From assembly GCA_030390025.1 (NCBI GenBank), contig CM059434.1, forward strand, positions 104,160,001 through 104,224,000: a stretch of 64,000 bases of DNA. The letters are read 5' to 3'. Below the pieces are notes generated by a model, which ran no database searches, was not told where the DNA came from, and saw only the letters and a program-made list of their open reading frames with translations. This document shows positions 25,000-36,029 of this stretch, piece after piece; the stretch's first letter is position 1; every line of letters starts with the position of its first letter. Source of the stretch: Squalus acanthias (Eukaryota). The position numbers and the translations under genes are program-made.

Positions 25000-26130
25000 G
25001 TAAACATCTGCCTAATCCAAAAAAGACTCGCAGACACTGCCATGAGGGGAAAGGGTTCAAAACAGTCACCGAGCGGGCAATAACTGATATCAGGAATATC
25101 ATCATGATTGTGTTTGCAATGTGGACGTATGCATTCTTGGGAGACACAGTGTAGCTTAAAGATCAGGGAGTCAGCAATTTTAAAAAAGTCATCTTTTGTT
25201 CTCTTGCAGCTATACAAACATTGGGAAACTAAAATTATGATAGGTCCTCCTTAGCAAAGTGGCATCGACTTAAAAATAAACTTCCTGGGCACCGTTGAGG
25301 GGCAGCTGCTGTGGTTCCTCGGGGTGGAGGTCTAAAAGGTATCAGCAGCATAGGAGGTGAGCACAGCAATCATTTTCACTGGCATTATCGTGGCATAATT
25401 GGTGTCAGTGTGACACTGCAAAATCCACTTTCAACTTGTTATTCAGCATTTTCTTGTTAATTCTGAATTTCAAAGAACAGTGGGTGTCAATCCAATCAAT
25501 AAAACTAATGTCTGTAAATCCTGCCGAGTGTCTCTCTCCTGAATTCAAGAATGCTTGTACCGTCAGCAACAAAGCCATTTTGAAACCAACAAGGACAAAT
25601 AAAACTGAAGTACTTTGGGCTGTCATTTACTTCATTGCTTAATGGAGTAAAGACTGACTGAAAATGGAAACGCCATTTGTTTCTGTGAATGGATCGATAT
25701 CTCAATTATGTTGAAGCAAATGTCCAAAGAGCACAAAAAATAATTTTATCTGCAAAAAAACATAAGCTACACTGCAAATCGAGGAACAATGCACAGCACA
25801 AGATATGGTGCACAATCCAAACTGCTTCAAGGCATGTTAGTCTACAATTCAACCCACAGTTAAAACTGGGTAATTCAACGGCATTCAAATTGTGCAGCAC
25901 TAACAGCCTCAATTGGCTAAATTTACATAGCAAACAAGTAGCTATCAGGTAAAGTGCTACTATCAACATTTGTCAGATTGAATTAATAATGTACTGTTTA
26001 ATGGGACAATCACATTTTTTTATTTTATACAGCTGCTGCTGGAATAAATTTATACATTGAATGATTTAAACATTTTCACTTCAGATGAGTAGATGAACAG
26101 TTTCATGACATCGATTATAAAAAGTATAAT

Positions 26131-26841
26131 GGCCCGGATTTTATGGTGGGTATGGCGGTGTTCTCTCAGGGTATGCTGCCATACCTTCTTTGAAATCCAC
26201 CGCAAGTTTGGGATTTCCGTATGCGCATGCACGAAATCCGGAACTTGCGGTCTGTCAACGCACGCGTTGACAGGCCATCCGCGCGGGCCACGAGAAAGCA
26301 ATTGCTGTTGCAGAGTACCGACTGCACAGCAATTGCGCACGGAAATGTTACACAGGGCCTGTTTGCATCAGCGTAAGGGGATACCGCAGGCATGATTTAA
26401 ACATTTTCATATTGTAAATTATACACATATGCTGTATCAAATGAGTTTCTGCAAATATTGGCACGGATTAGAGTTTTAATGATGTCTAAAATTATCATTA
26501 AAATTAAATATTTAGTGAGGTTGGTGGAATGAAGCTACTTACGAATTAAATTCCAATTCTGTAAATTGTAATTAGATCTGATTTCGGGATTCCATTAAAC
26601 CTCATTACGGGAATTCCCTTTGGAAATGATTAAAATCGAATTCTGCTTTGTGATTGGAGGACCAGGCCCACGCTTCCGCATCGCCTGTGTCCCTGGGAGC
26701 TGTGGGCCATTACACTGCCCTCCGCCTCACAGCCTCAGAGCGCAAGTTTTTGCAGCCTCGCCACCATCAAGTAGGTGCTTAATTCTTCCGCGGGTCGGAG
26801 GCCTACTCTGGGGGTAAGCCTCCGACCGCAATTTTTGGCCC
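26131..26841. mobile_element. Harbinger-type MITE (711 bp)
   Basis: AAT TSD at 26128-26130 and 26842-26844; TIRs GGCCCGGATTTTATGGT / GGGCCAAAAATTGCGGT; related to 22075-22816. Confidence 0.8.
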
Positions 26842-27536
26842 AATGTATTTGCTAAACTAGATCAACCATTGCCGTCTTGGGGGTCGATTTCAACTCAAGA
26901 GTGGGTTTCTGGTGGGAAAGACCACTCTGGCAAGTTCATTTCTCACCCACCAGCGGCAACGAGAGGCCATGCCGATTTTAAACTCCGGGCCTCAATTAAA
27001 TGCCACCACGCCATGTATCGCCCGGAACAGGCAGGAAGCGGGCACAGAGCAGTTGATTGCGGGGGAGGATCAGAGGCAGGAGGCCTTTAATGTCCTCTAT
27101 AGTCTCAGCTGCATCTGCCTTTGGATGCCAGTGGTTTGCATTAGGATTCTGATTTCATTTTCAAGAACTGAACCTGCAGGTTCACTCACACGATCCACTG
27201 ACAGTAAGAGTACTTCTTAACAAACAAAAGATGTCAGCCCGCCAAAGGCTCATTAATCGATCTTCTGCAGCATGTAAAGGGCGCTGACTCTGTAGATATT
27301 TTTTTATATAATTGATTTATTAACAAATCATTAATCTCATTCATGTTTCATTAACCTACCTCTCTTTATACAGGTATGCCACTTTTTGAGACAGCTGATG
27401 CACTTTATTTTTTCAAGGTCATGTCATCTATTTGGTGACATCAGTCACTTGCAGTGTTTGCTTAACTGATAGCCTATCATGTAAAAAAGGGAATTTGTTA
27501 AAGAATGAGGGAATTATTTTGTTGATGATCATCATT

Positions 27537-28530
27537 ACAACAACAACTTGTATTTATATAGCACCTTTAACGTAGTAAAACGTCCCAAGGTGCTTCATAA
27601 GAACATAAGAAGTAAGAGCAGGAGTAGGCCATACGGTCCCTCGAGCCTGCTCCGCCATTCAATAAGATCATGGCTGATCATCGACCTCAACTCCACTTTC
27701 CCGCCCGATCTCCATATCCATTGATTCCCCTAGAGTCCAAAAATCTATCGATCTCAGCCTTGAATATACTCAAAGACTCAGCATCACAGCCCTCTGGGGC
27801 AGAGAATTCCAAAGATTCACAACCCTCTGAGTGAAGAAATTCCCCATCATCTCAGTCTTAAATGGCCTACCCCTTATCCTGAGACTATGCCCCCTAGTTC
27901 TAGACACTCACAGGTGTGTTATATAACAAAATTTGACACCGAGCCACAAAAGGAGATATTAGGGCAGGTGACCAATAGCTTGTTCAAAGAGGTAGGTTTT
28001 AAGGAGCGCCTTAAAGGAGGAAAGAGAGGTAGTGAGGCGGAGAGGTTTAGGGAGGGAATTCCAGAGCTTGGGGCCTTGGCAGCTGAAGGCTCAGCCACCA
28101 ATGGTGGAGCAAATAAAATCGGGGATGATCAAGGGGCTAGAATTAGAGGAGCAAAAATATCTTGAAGGGTTGTGGGGCTGAAGGAAATTACGGAGATGGG
28201 GCGGGCGAGGCCGTGGAGGGATTTGAAAACAAGGATTGAGGAATTTTAAAATCGAGGTGTTGCTTACCCGGGAACCAATGTAGGTCAGCGAGCACAGGGG
28301 TGATGGGTGAGCGGGACTTGGTGCGAGTTCGGACACGAGCAGCAGAGTTTTGGATGACCTCAAGTTTACGGAGGGTAGAACGTGGGAGGCCGGCCAGGAG
28401 TGCGTTGGAATAGTCAAGTCTAGAGGTAACAAAGGCATGGATGAGGGTTTCAGCAGCAGATGAGCTGAGGCAAGGGTGGAGACGAGCGATGTTACCGAGG
28501 TGGAAATAGGTGGTCTAAGTGATGGTGTGG
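27537..28530 (-). mobile_element. L2 LINE 3' part, interrupted by a CR1
   Basis: Minus strand reads AFVTSRLDYSNALLAGLP...L..IQNSAAR....K.RSPITPVLADLHW; (TTG)n tail at 27537. Confidence 0.88.
27597..27908 (-). mobile_element. CR1 3' end nested in L2
   Basis: cataagaacataaga tail and ggagtaggccat..ccctcgagcctgctcc UTR. Confidence 0.9.
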
Positions 28531-28558
28531 AAATTACTGATTTTATTTCCCTTTGACT

Positions 28559-29366
28559 TCTACTTCTTCTTAGGCAGTCCCTCGGAACCGAGGATGACTT
28601 ACTTCCACATTAAAAATGAGTTCTCAGGTGACTGATGAGTCCAATGCGGGACCTACAGTCTCTGTCACAGGTGGGGCAGACGGTGGTTGAAGGGGCGGGT
28701 GGGTGGGGTGCTTAGGTTGACGTGTGCTCCTTCCACTGCTTGCGCTTGGCTTCCGCTTGCTCCCGGCGAAGAGACTCGAGGTGTTCGGCGCCTTCCCGGA
28801 TGCTTCTCCTCCACTTTGAGCGGTCTTGGGCCAGGGATTCCCAGGTGTCGGTAGGGATGTTGCACTTTTTCAAGGAGGCTTTGAGGGTGTCCTTGAAGCA
28901 TTTCCTCTGCCCACCTGGGGCTCTCTTGCCGTGCTGGAGCTCCGAGTAGAGCGCTTGTTTTGGGAGTCTCGTATCGGGCATGCGGACGATGTGACCCGTC
29001 CATCGGAGCTGATCGAGCGTGGTCAAAGCTTCGATGCTGGGGATGTTGGCCTGAGCGAGAACACTGACATTGGTGTGCCTATCCTGCCAATGGATTTGCA
29101 GGATCTTGCGGAGGCAGCGTTGGTGGTACCTCTCCAGTGCTTTGAGGTGCCTGCTGTACATGGTCCATGTCTCTGAGGCATACAGCAGGGCGGGTATCAC
29201 TGCTGCTCTGTAGACCATGAGCTTAGTGCCGGGTTTGAGGTCCTGGTCTTCAAACACTCTCTTCCTCAGGCGACCGAAGGCTGCAATGGCACACTGAAGG
29301 CGGTGTTGGACTTCTTCATCGACGTCTGCCCTTGTTGACAGTAGGCTCCCGAGGTATGGAAGGTGA
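28559..29366 (-). mobile_element. RTE-clade LINE, 5'-truncated, same family as 3333-3870
   Basis: ORF 28712-29257 (TKLMVYRAAVIPALLYASETWT.Y.RHLK.LERYHQRCLRKIL); 8-bp TSD ctttgact at 28551-28558 and 29367-29374. Confidence 0.93.
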
Positions 29367-29671
29367 CTTTGACTGGTTATGCACTAAGTACTGGAAACAT
29401 ATTTACGTTCAACTTAAAGAAATAGCTCAGGACATCATACCAATTACACTTTCATCTGCCAGATTTTGCTACTATTGTGAGTATTCCAAGAATGTGAATG
29501 AAAGTTACTGTAAACATACATAATGATAATGTGCTTTTTTCTCTGAGAGCTAACTGCAGCAAAGACATAAACCCATTCTATATAAATGGGCTTGCAATTC
29601 TGTTACACATAGTGCACAGTGGAAATCTTACCTTTATGGTCAACATCAACAACTTGCATTTTATAATCATA

Positions 29672-30876
29672 GGGGGGAATTTTAACCTAAAACAACAGGT
29701 GGGTTTGGAGCGTGGGGGTAGTTAGACTGTTAAAAATCGGAATCCCGACCTGAACCCGCCTCCAACCCGCCCACTTCTGATTTTAATGGAGGCAGGACGC
29801 GGGGCGGGATGGGGGCAGGCAGCCAACCAGCTGCCAGGAGGCGGGATGTCAATTTAAATATTTTAATACGGCTGGAAGCCTCTTCTTTAGCCTCCATTTT
29901 GTTTTTAACTGTAGCTGGTTGGGTTTTACAGACTTCATAAAACCCGACAGTTACAGCAAGGTGAGGACTGCTGCATCCAGGAGGTAAGTGCCTTTACACC
30001 TACCTCCTGGATCCAGGGTCCCTCCCTAACCCACCCGCCACGATCGGAGACCCCCTCACGAGGCCTCCGATCACACCCCCGGCCTCCGATCCCTCCTCGA
30101 GGCCTACCCCCTGCTCCTCCGGCCTTCCCCGTGTGCTTCCGGCTCCCGATTATCCTCGCACCGACGAAGTTCCTCGCACCCCTCCGATGTTCCTGCCACC
30201 CAGCCCCCGATGTTCCTGCTACCCAGCCCTCGATGCTCCTCGCACCCAGCCCCCGATGTTCCTGCCACCCAGCCCCCGATGTTCCTGCCACCCAGCCTCC
30301 GATGTTCCTCGCACCCAGCCTCCGATGTTCTGCCACCCAGCCTCCGATGTTCCTCGCACCCAGCCTCCGATGTTCCTGCACCTCTGCCCCCGATGTTCCT
30401 CGCACCCAGCCCCCGATGTTCCTTGCACCCAGCCCCCGATGTTCCTTGCACTCAGCCCCCAATGTTCCTGCCACCTAGCCCCCAATGTTCCTGCCACCCA
30501 GCCCCTGATGATCCTCATACCCGGCCCCCGATCTTCCACTGCCAGTCACCCGATTTTTCTCAACCCCGCCCCCCCCCCCCCCCACCCCGATCTTTAGCAA
30601 CACCACCCCCATGCTCCTCTGGCTGACCCCGGCCCCCCCACCCCTGCGATCCCTCCCTCCCTCCTCTGTGTGGCCTTGTGCTACAGGCCTACCCACCCGC
30701 AGCCAGCCAGCCTCTCAATATTGCTGGCTGCGGGTGGGAAACAGAGGCTTCAGATGCAAATCTGGCCCTGCCGTTAAAGTCAGCAGGGCCTGTGGGAAAA
30801 CCATTCTCCCGGCTTTCCCACCCACATCGGAGCCTGCCTCGCCCCCCAACCCACCTTCCCCATTAAAATCCAGCCT
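29672..30876. mobile_element. Harbinger-type MITE with internal minisatellite
   Basis: ATA TSD; TIRs GGGGGGAATTTTAA / AGGCTGGATTTTAA; first ~330 bp similar to 53386-53700. Confidence 0.8.
30143..30510. repeat. GC-rich minisatellite, ~22-23 bp unit cccagccyccgatgttcct(cgca/gcca)
   Basis: Roughly 15 directly visible tandem units; these explain the repetitive ORFs in all six frames. Confidence 0.95.
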
Positions 30877-31210
30877 ATAGAATCTTACCGCACAGAAGGA
30901 GGCCATTCAACCCAATGTGCCTGTGCCGGCTCTTTGAAAGAGCTCGCCAATTAACCCACTCCCCTGTTCTCTCCCCATGGTGCTGCAAATTCTTTTCCTT
31001 TTTAATTATATATCCATCTCAGTTTTGAAATATTCTATTGAATGTGCTTTCACCACACTTTCAGGCAGTACATTCCAGATCATAATAACGCACTGTGTAA
31101 AAGAATTCTCTTCATCTCCCCTCTGGTTCTTTTGACAATTATCTTAAATCTGTGTCCTCTGGTTAACGATGCTTCTACCAGTGGAAACAGTTTCTCCAAT
31201 CTACTCTACC
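30877..31210 (-). mobile_element. CR1-type LINE 3' end
   Basis: atagaatc..cacagaaggaggccattc tail; reverse of LFPL...TRGH.FKI...R..FTQ. Confidence 0.8.
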
Positions 31211-31219
31211 AAGACCATT

Positions 31220-31850
31220 CATTGCATCTTTAAATAGCAAAATGTTTCAAGGTGCTTCAAAGTTGTAGGGTTAGTTCCAAGCAAGAGTTGGAGGGATATC
31301 AGGGTCGGTAGTTGAAGCCATGATGAATGAGGTAGGTCTTTAGGAGGAATTTGAAAGCGGCCAGAGCAAAGCAGAGCAGGTTGGGGGAGAGAGTTCCAGA
31401 GTGTGGAGGTAAGGCTCTGTCACTGATAATAGAGTAGAGGGAGGAGGGAACGCACAATAGACCAGAGTTTGATAAGCGGAGGGCGCAAGAAAAGTGTAGG
31501 GGTAGATGGCTAAATGCACAACCCACCCCTCCACTGTGTTACCAGACTGCTTGTCCAAAATCCAGTCTTGAATAAACCACAATTTCCTCCAGTAAAACAC
31601 CGCAAAGTCTTTGGCCCCCGCCACAAACTGACTACCCTTGCCACCCATTCCATCTCCCTCCCCAACGTGGCTCGGGTTGAACCACGCTCTACACAGCCCA
31701 TCTGCTGCTGAATCCTTCATCCATGCCTTTGTCACCCCCAGACTCGACTATGTCAATTCTCTCCATCCCATCCCCCTCTCCGTAAACTTCAGCTCATCCA
31801 AAACTCTGTTGCCCATATCCTATCCCGCACCAAGCCCCACTCACCCATCA
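31220..31850. mobile_element. L2 LINE with inverted 5' segment (3' end on - at 31220-31505; upstream part on + at 31510-31850)
   Basis: Plus part encodes DCLSKIQS..NFLQ, ESFIHAFVTPRLDY and LQLIQNS; minus part matches the L2 3' end of 27910-28190. Confidence 0.7.
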
Positions 31851-33456
31851 AATAGGACACCAAGGTTTAGACAAAGAAAAACCAAGTGTCATTAATTTTA
31901 TTCAAATCTGTAATTTGCATTTTGCAAATAACGTGAAAATAACACATCGAGGCAAAGTTGAAAATTCTCTCTTTGGAGGTTGGAGAAAAAAAAAATTCCA
32001 GCAAGAACTGGAAAATTCTAGAAGCCTGCAACTTAGAATAGCTAACACATGGATTCAAATGCAACAGTTGTGAGAATAATTATTCTATTTCATTCAGGAT
32101 CCTCTTGGGTCCATTAGTCAAATATTAATTTTATAGGCAAAACACATGGGGTGAAATTGCATTTAGTGTAAGAATGATTAAAGCATTGTTTCAATATGGC
32201 CCATTTTAATGGTAGTGGTCAGTTGTTGCAAATAAGTGGGTTATTGCCTCCAATAAAATTGCAAAGTAACCTCATACAACTGTGTTAAGTATTTCTACGC
32301 TAATATTGTATGGTGCAAATTCATCCAGTAGTTTTTTGCCACCTTGTTCACTTCTCCCCAACAGATGACAACCACCTGCTTTCCAACGGTTTGTGAGAAA
32401 CAATCAAGATAATCTATGGAAAAATTAAAATTGTGAAATTGCAACTCTTGAAAATCAGGCCACTTCACTCATAGTGCCAGCCTACATAAAGATTCACCCA
32501 AAAGCGAATCACAAAAGCTAAAAAGAGAGCTCCTTATTTCTCAGAGGCTTAAAGTAGTAAGCAGCCGCTGTGAATCCCCAAGTATTCGGTTTGCCAGCCC
32601 AATTCTATAATTTTGCTGAAGAGGCAATCTGAATGTAAATTTGGATGCATCAATTAAAATATTGACTAATCAGTCAACAATCGATCAATGGTGACAGTTA
32701 AACCTTCAGTACTTTTTGGCAGCCTATATTTTGAAAGAATTAAAACACAAATCAATCTAACATGCCATTCAACATTTTCCAGACTTTGCAAAAAATTGTG
32801 TCAGTTTCTCAAAAATTAGGAAGTGAATATTCTCAAAATGCAGAAGAGATTCTTTACGTCATTTTACACGTCAATAAAAAGATAATGACCTTTATTAAGT
32901 TTAATTTGTAGTTGAAAATATTCCAGATAAGTTGCTTCAAAAGAGAGATTGAAGAAGCTTGGTTCCTGAGGTACTTTGAATTGAAATTTCTACATAAAGG
33001 AAAGAATGCAGTTCCTTGATTTATTTCTAACATTTAAATCAGGTCATCCCAATTCATAAGGTGATTTCAGAGAGGAAAAAAGTGTCTGGCCCAACATTTT
33101 CTCCAAAAATCATTCCAGTGACCAAAATCCTTTGGTTGAGTTACACAACGGGAGCTGTCACAGTGGGATTAATCCGCATGACAGCAACTGTCAGTGTGCA
33201 GCCGATGCCATGACCTTTCTTGTCTCTGTCTACACCCTGCACAACCCATGTCAGCAGGAGGAAGTCTGGAGCAGAAAGTACACACAAAAGATCAGAATAA
33301 AACTTGCCCCAGATTGTACAGTGGCACGAGAACCAAAATTCAGCACAACTGTCTTTGCAACTCAGCGCAATTTCATTTGAAGCATTTTTATCAAAGAATA
33401 AAAGAAAATTATCTCGTGACTAGAGAAATTACAGTATTTCCCAAAATATCTCTTAA

Positions 33457-33822
33457 GAAAGAAAGGACTTGCCTGTAACCTTATATCACGTCTCAAGATA
33501 TCCCAGGGCACTTCACAGCCAATTAAATAATTTTGAAGTATATTCACTGTTGTTTTGCTGCAAAAGCAGCAGCCAATTTGTGCACAGCAAGGTCCCACAA
33601 ACAGCACTGAGATTAATGATCAGTTAATCTGTTTTGGTGGTGTTGGTTGGAGGGTTAATGTTGGCCAAGTTACTGCGAAAACTCTCCTGAACAAGTATTT
33701 GTGGGCCGTGGTTTAACATCTCATCTGAAAAACAGAAGTGTCAGCCTAGATTATGTGCTCAAGTCCCTGGAGTGGGATATTTGTCTTAGAGGGGAGTGTA
33801 TATGTGGCTACTGAGCCAAGCT
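33457..33822 (-). mobile_element. DeuSINE, diverged and internally deleted
   Basis: gcagccaatttgtgcacagcaaggtcccacaaacagca; gtgtcagcctagattatgtgctcaagtc. Confidence 0.82.
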
Positions 33823-33864
33823 CTGTTAGTTTTCTGATACCACAAACATGCCTACAGAAAAAGT

Positions 33865-34980
33865 GGGGTAGAAACTGGTCCTTGTTGCACCTGTTTCACC
33901 GGTGTAAAACGGATATAAAAAGGACCAAGTTCAGGGTGCAACGGGCCATCTGTGCCAGGGATATGGGTGCTGCCACATTGGCATAGGTGGCTGCCCAGCA
34001 GCTCATCACACCCACCTTATTCATCTTCTTTCGTATGGTAGTAGCAAAGCAAATCAAATGTCAATATCTAAGTCAGATATCCAGGCCAAAGCTTCTGGTG
34101 TAACAGCGTGGATATCTTGTAGGCTGCCTGTGAATTTCCTCTGAGGGCAGTGCTCAATGAAGTGCTCCAGGGTCTGATTAGGAGCTGCACAGTAGCATGA
34201 TGGGGATGCTTTAATCTTCCATCTCTGGAGAAGGTGGCAGCATCTACCATGACCAGTTCTGAGGCGGTTGATGGTTGTCCACTGTTTGCGAGGGAGGTTT
34301 GATCCTTCAGGTTGTACTGTGGGGTCCTCCATAAGGAATCCATTCCGTATGTCACAGTTCTTCCACGCATTTCGCCATCGGTCATCAAGGCTGAGGGGAG
34401 ATCGCTGAAGGGCTTCGGTGATGGTCCAAAATGGCCTTCTAGATTTGAGACAGGTTGGTGGTAGCTTGTTCAAGTCAGCCTGGATCGGCATGTCTTTGCT
34501 GGTGTAGCGGTTGTATTCTCTGGAGACTGCATATTTGCGGCGTAGGTGTGGTGGTGCGACGTTTGCAAGCATGGGCAGCCAAGGTGTTCAGCCACTTGCT
34601 ATGGGTAAATGAGGGGCCTAATGCTTGTTTAAGGGCCACTGCAGGAAATTGCACAGCGCTGAATGGAGCAGGCGCAGGGTCTGTTCCGCGCAGGTTTCCC
34701 CAGCGATTACCATCAAAAAGGTAAGTTTGCTATTTTTTGTAAACTTTCCTGCGGAGCCAGGAAGAGCAGGAGTGCTCCTCGCAGCCCCACAGCACTCCTG
34801 AAGGCCGCTGCCGGCCCACGATCATCCAGCCCTCACAGTTTCTTTACCCCACCCCTAGCCCTTCCAAGACTCACCTGAGGGCCTCTGCCAGCGAGGCAGG
34901 TAGCCCAGATTTAAGCTGGCCGCAGGGGCAAGCTGCCTCTGGAGGTGTGACCGATGCCGACAGCTCGTCACAATTCTTAA
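33865..34980. mobile_element. Harbinger-type MITE interrupted by a LINE; right end uncertain
   Basis: Starts GGGGTAGAAACTGG; internal aaaggtaagt and gagcaggagtgctcct motifs shared with other MITEs. Confidence 0.55.
34020..34600 (-). mobile_element. Vingi/Ingi-like (I-group) LINE 3' fragment
   Basis: ORF 34054-34572: WLP.LANVAPPHLRR...LKSRRPFW...W..INRLRTGHGR...W....SP.C.C....QTLEH...HCP (CCHC knuckle); short 3'UTR ending CCATACGAAAGAAG. Confidence 0.75.
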
Positions 34981-35396
34981 AATCACCTCAAGTGTGGTAG
35001 AGAATTCTCCTTTAATGAATTAAAAATCTACAACTTGTTCAAATCTAATTTTTCACCACCAGCTTTCTTTTTGGTCTTCTGAGTGAGATTAAAATTCGGA
35101 GCCAAGTTATGGGCAGTTTGCGCGGTGAGCTTGTGCCCATTTGGAACTGGCTTGCAACTGGTCAATCCCATTTCACATGAGATCTTTGTACAAAAAGACA
35201 CACCAGAAACTTTCACCTCATCAATCAGGGTTGGATATGAGCTCAAACCAAACGCAGATTGGCTGACTGCTTTGCGGAACACCTCCGTTCAGTCCATAAG
35301 GGTGACCCCGAACTTCTGGTCACCTGTCACTTTAATTCTCCACTCCACTCCCACTCTGTCCTCTCCATCCTCGGCCTCTTACACTGTTCCAACGAA

Positions 35397-35618
35397 AGTG
35401 AGAAGTCGCACAACACCAGGTTATAGTCCAACAGTTTTATTTGAAATCACAAGCTTTCGGAGCTGCTGCCCCTTCGTCAGGTGAAGTCGACTTCACCTGA
35501 CGAAGGGGCAGCAACTCCGAAAGCTTGTGATTTCAAATAAAACTGTTGGACTATAACCTGGTGTTGTGCGACTTCTCACTTTTGTCCACCCCAGTCCAAC
35601 ACCGGCATCTCCGCATCA
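35397..35618. mobile_element. Family-B hammerhead mini-element with inverted 5' duplication (188-bp palindrome 35395-35582)
   Basis: 12-bp TSD tgttccaacgaa at 35385-35396 and 35619-35630; 94-bp arms centred on gtc|gac with one mismatch; one hammerhead per strand. Confidence 0.92.
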
Positions 35619-35992
35619 TGTTCCAACGAAGCTCAACGTAAGCTCGAGGAACAGCACCTCCTCTTTCGATTAGGCACTTTACAGCCTTCTGGACTCAACA
35701 TCGAGTTCAACAATTTCAGACCATAACCTCGGCCCCTATCATTTTTATTCTCTCTCTCACATGGCAGCTGTTGATCATCCTGCCATTGCCATTTACACTT
35801 CATCTAGAGTCATCTTTTGTTTCCACTTGTCTCATTACCATCTCCGTTTGCCTTGCATCATCGTCCCTTTTGTCTCTTAATCTCTCCTGCCTTCCATCCT
35901 ATCACAGACCTTCCCTTTTGTTCTTTCCTCCCCTCCCCTCTGTCCCTGCCCCTACACTTGCTTAAAAACCTGTTACATCTCCAACTTTTTCC

Positions 35993-36029
35993 AGTTCTGA
36001 CGAAGGATCATCGACCTGAAACGTTAACT
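35993..36029 (+). ncRNA. Minimal type I hammerhead ribozyme (family A)
   Basis: AGUU-CUGACGA-AGG[AUCAUCGA]CCU-GAAA-CG-UU-AACU; palindromic AACGUU at stem III. Confidence 0.78.

Noticed and set aside
29935-30696. Long repetitive ORFs in all frames; superficially CRISPR-like periodicity
   Set aside because: They arise from a tandem 22-23 bp minisatellite with no unique spacers, inside a MITE in a vertebrate genome.
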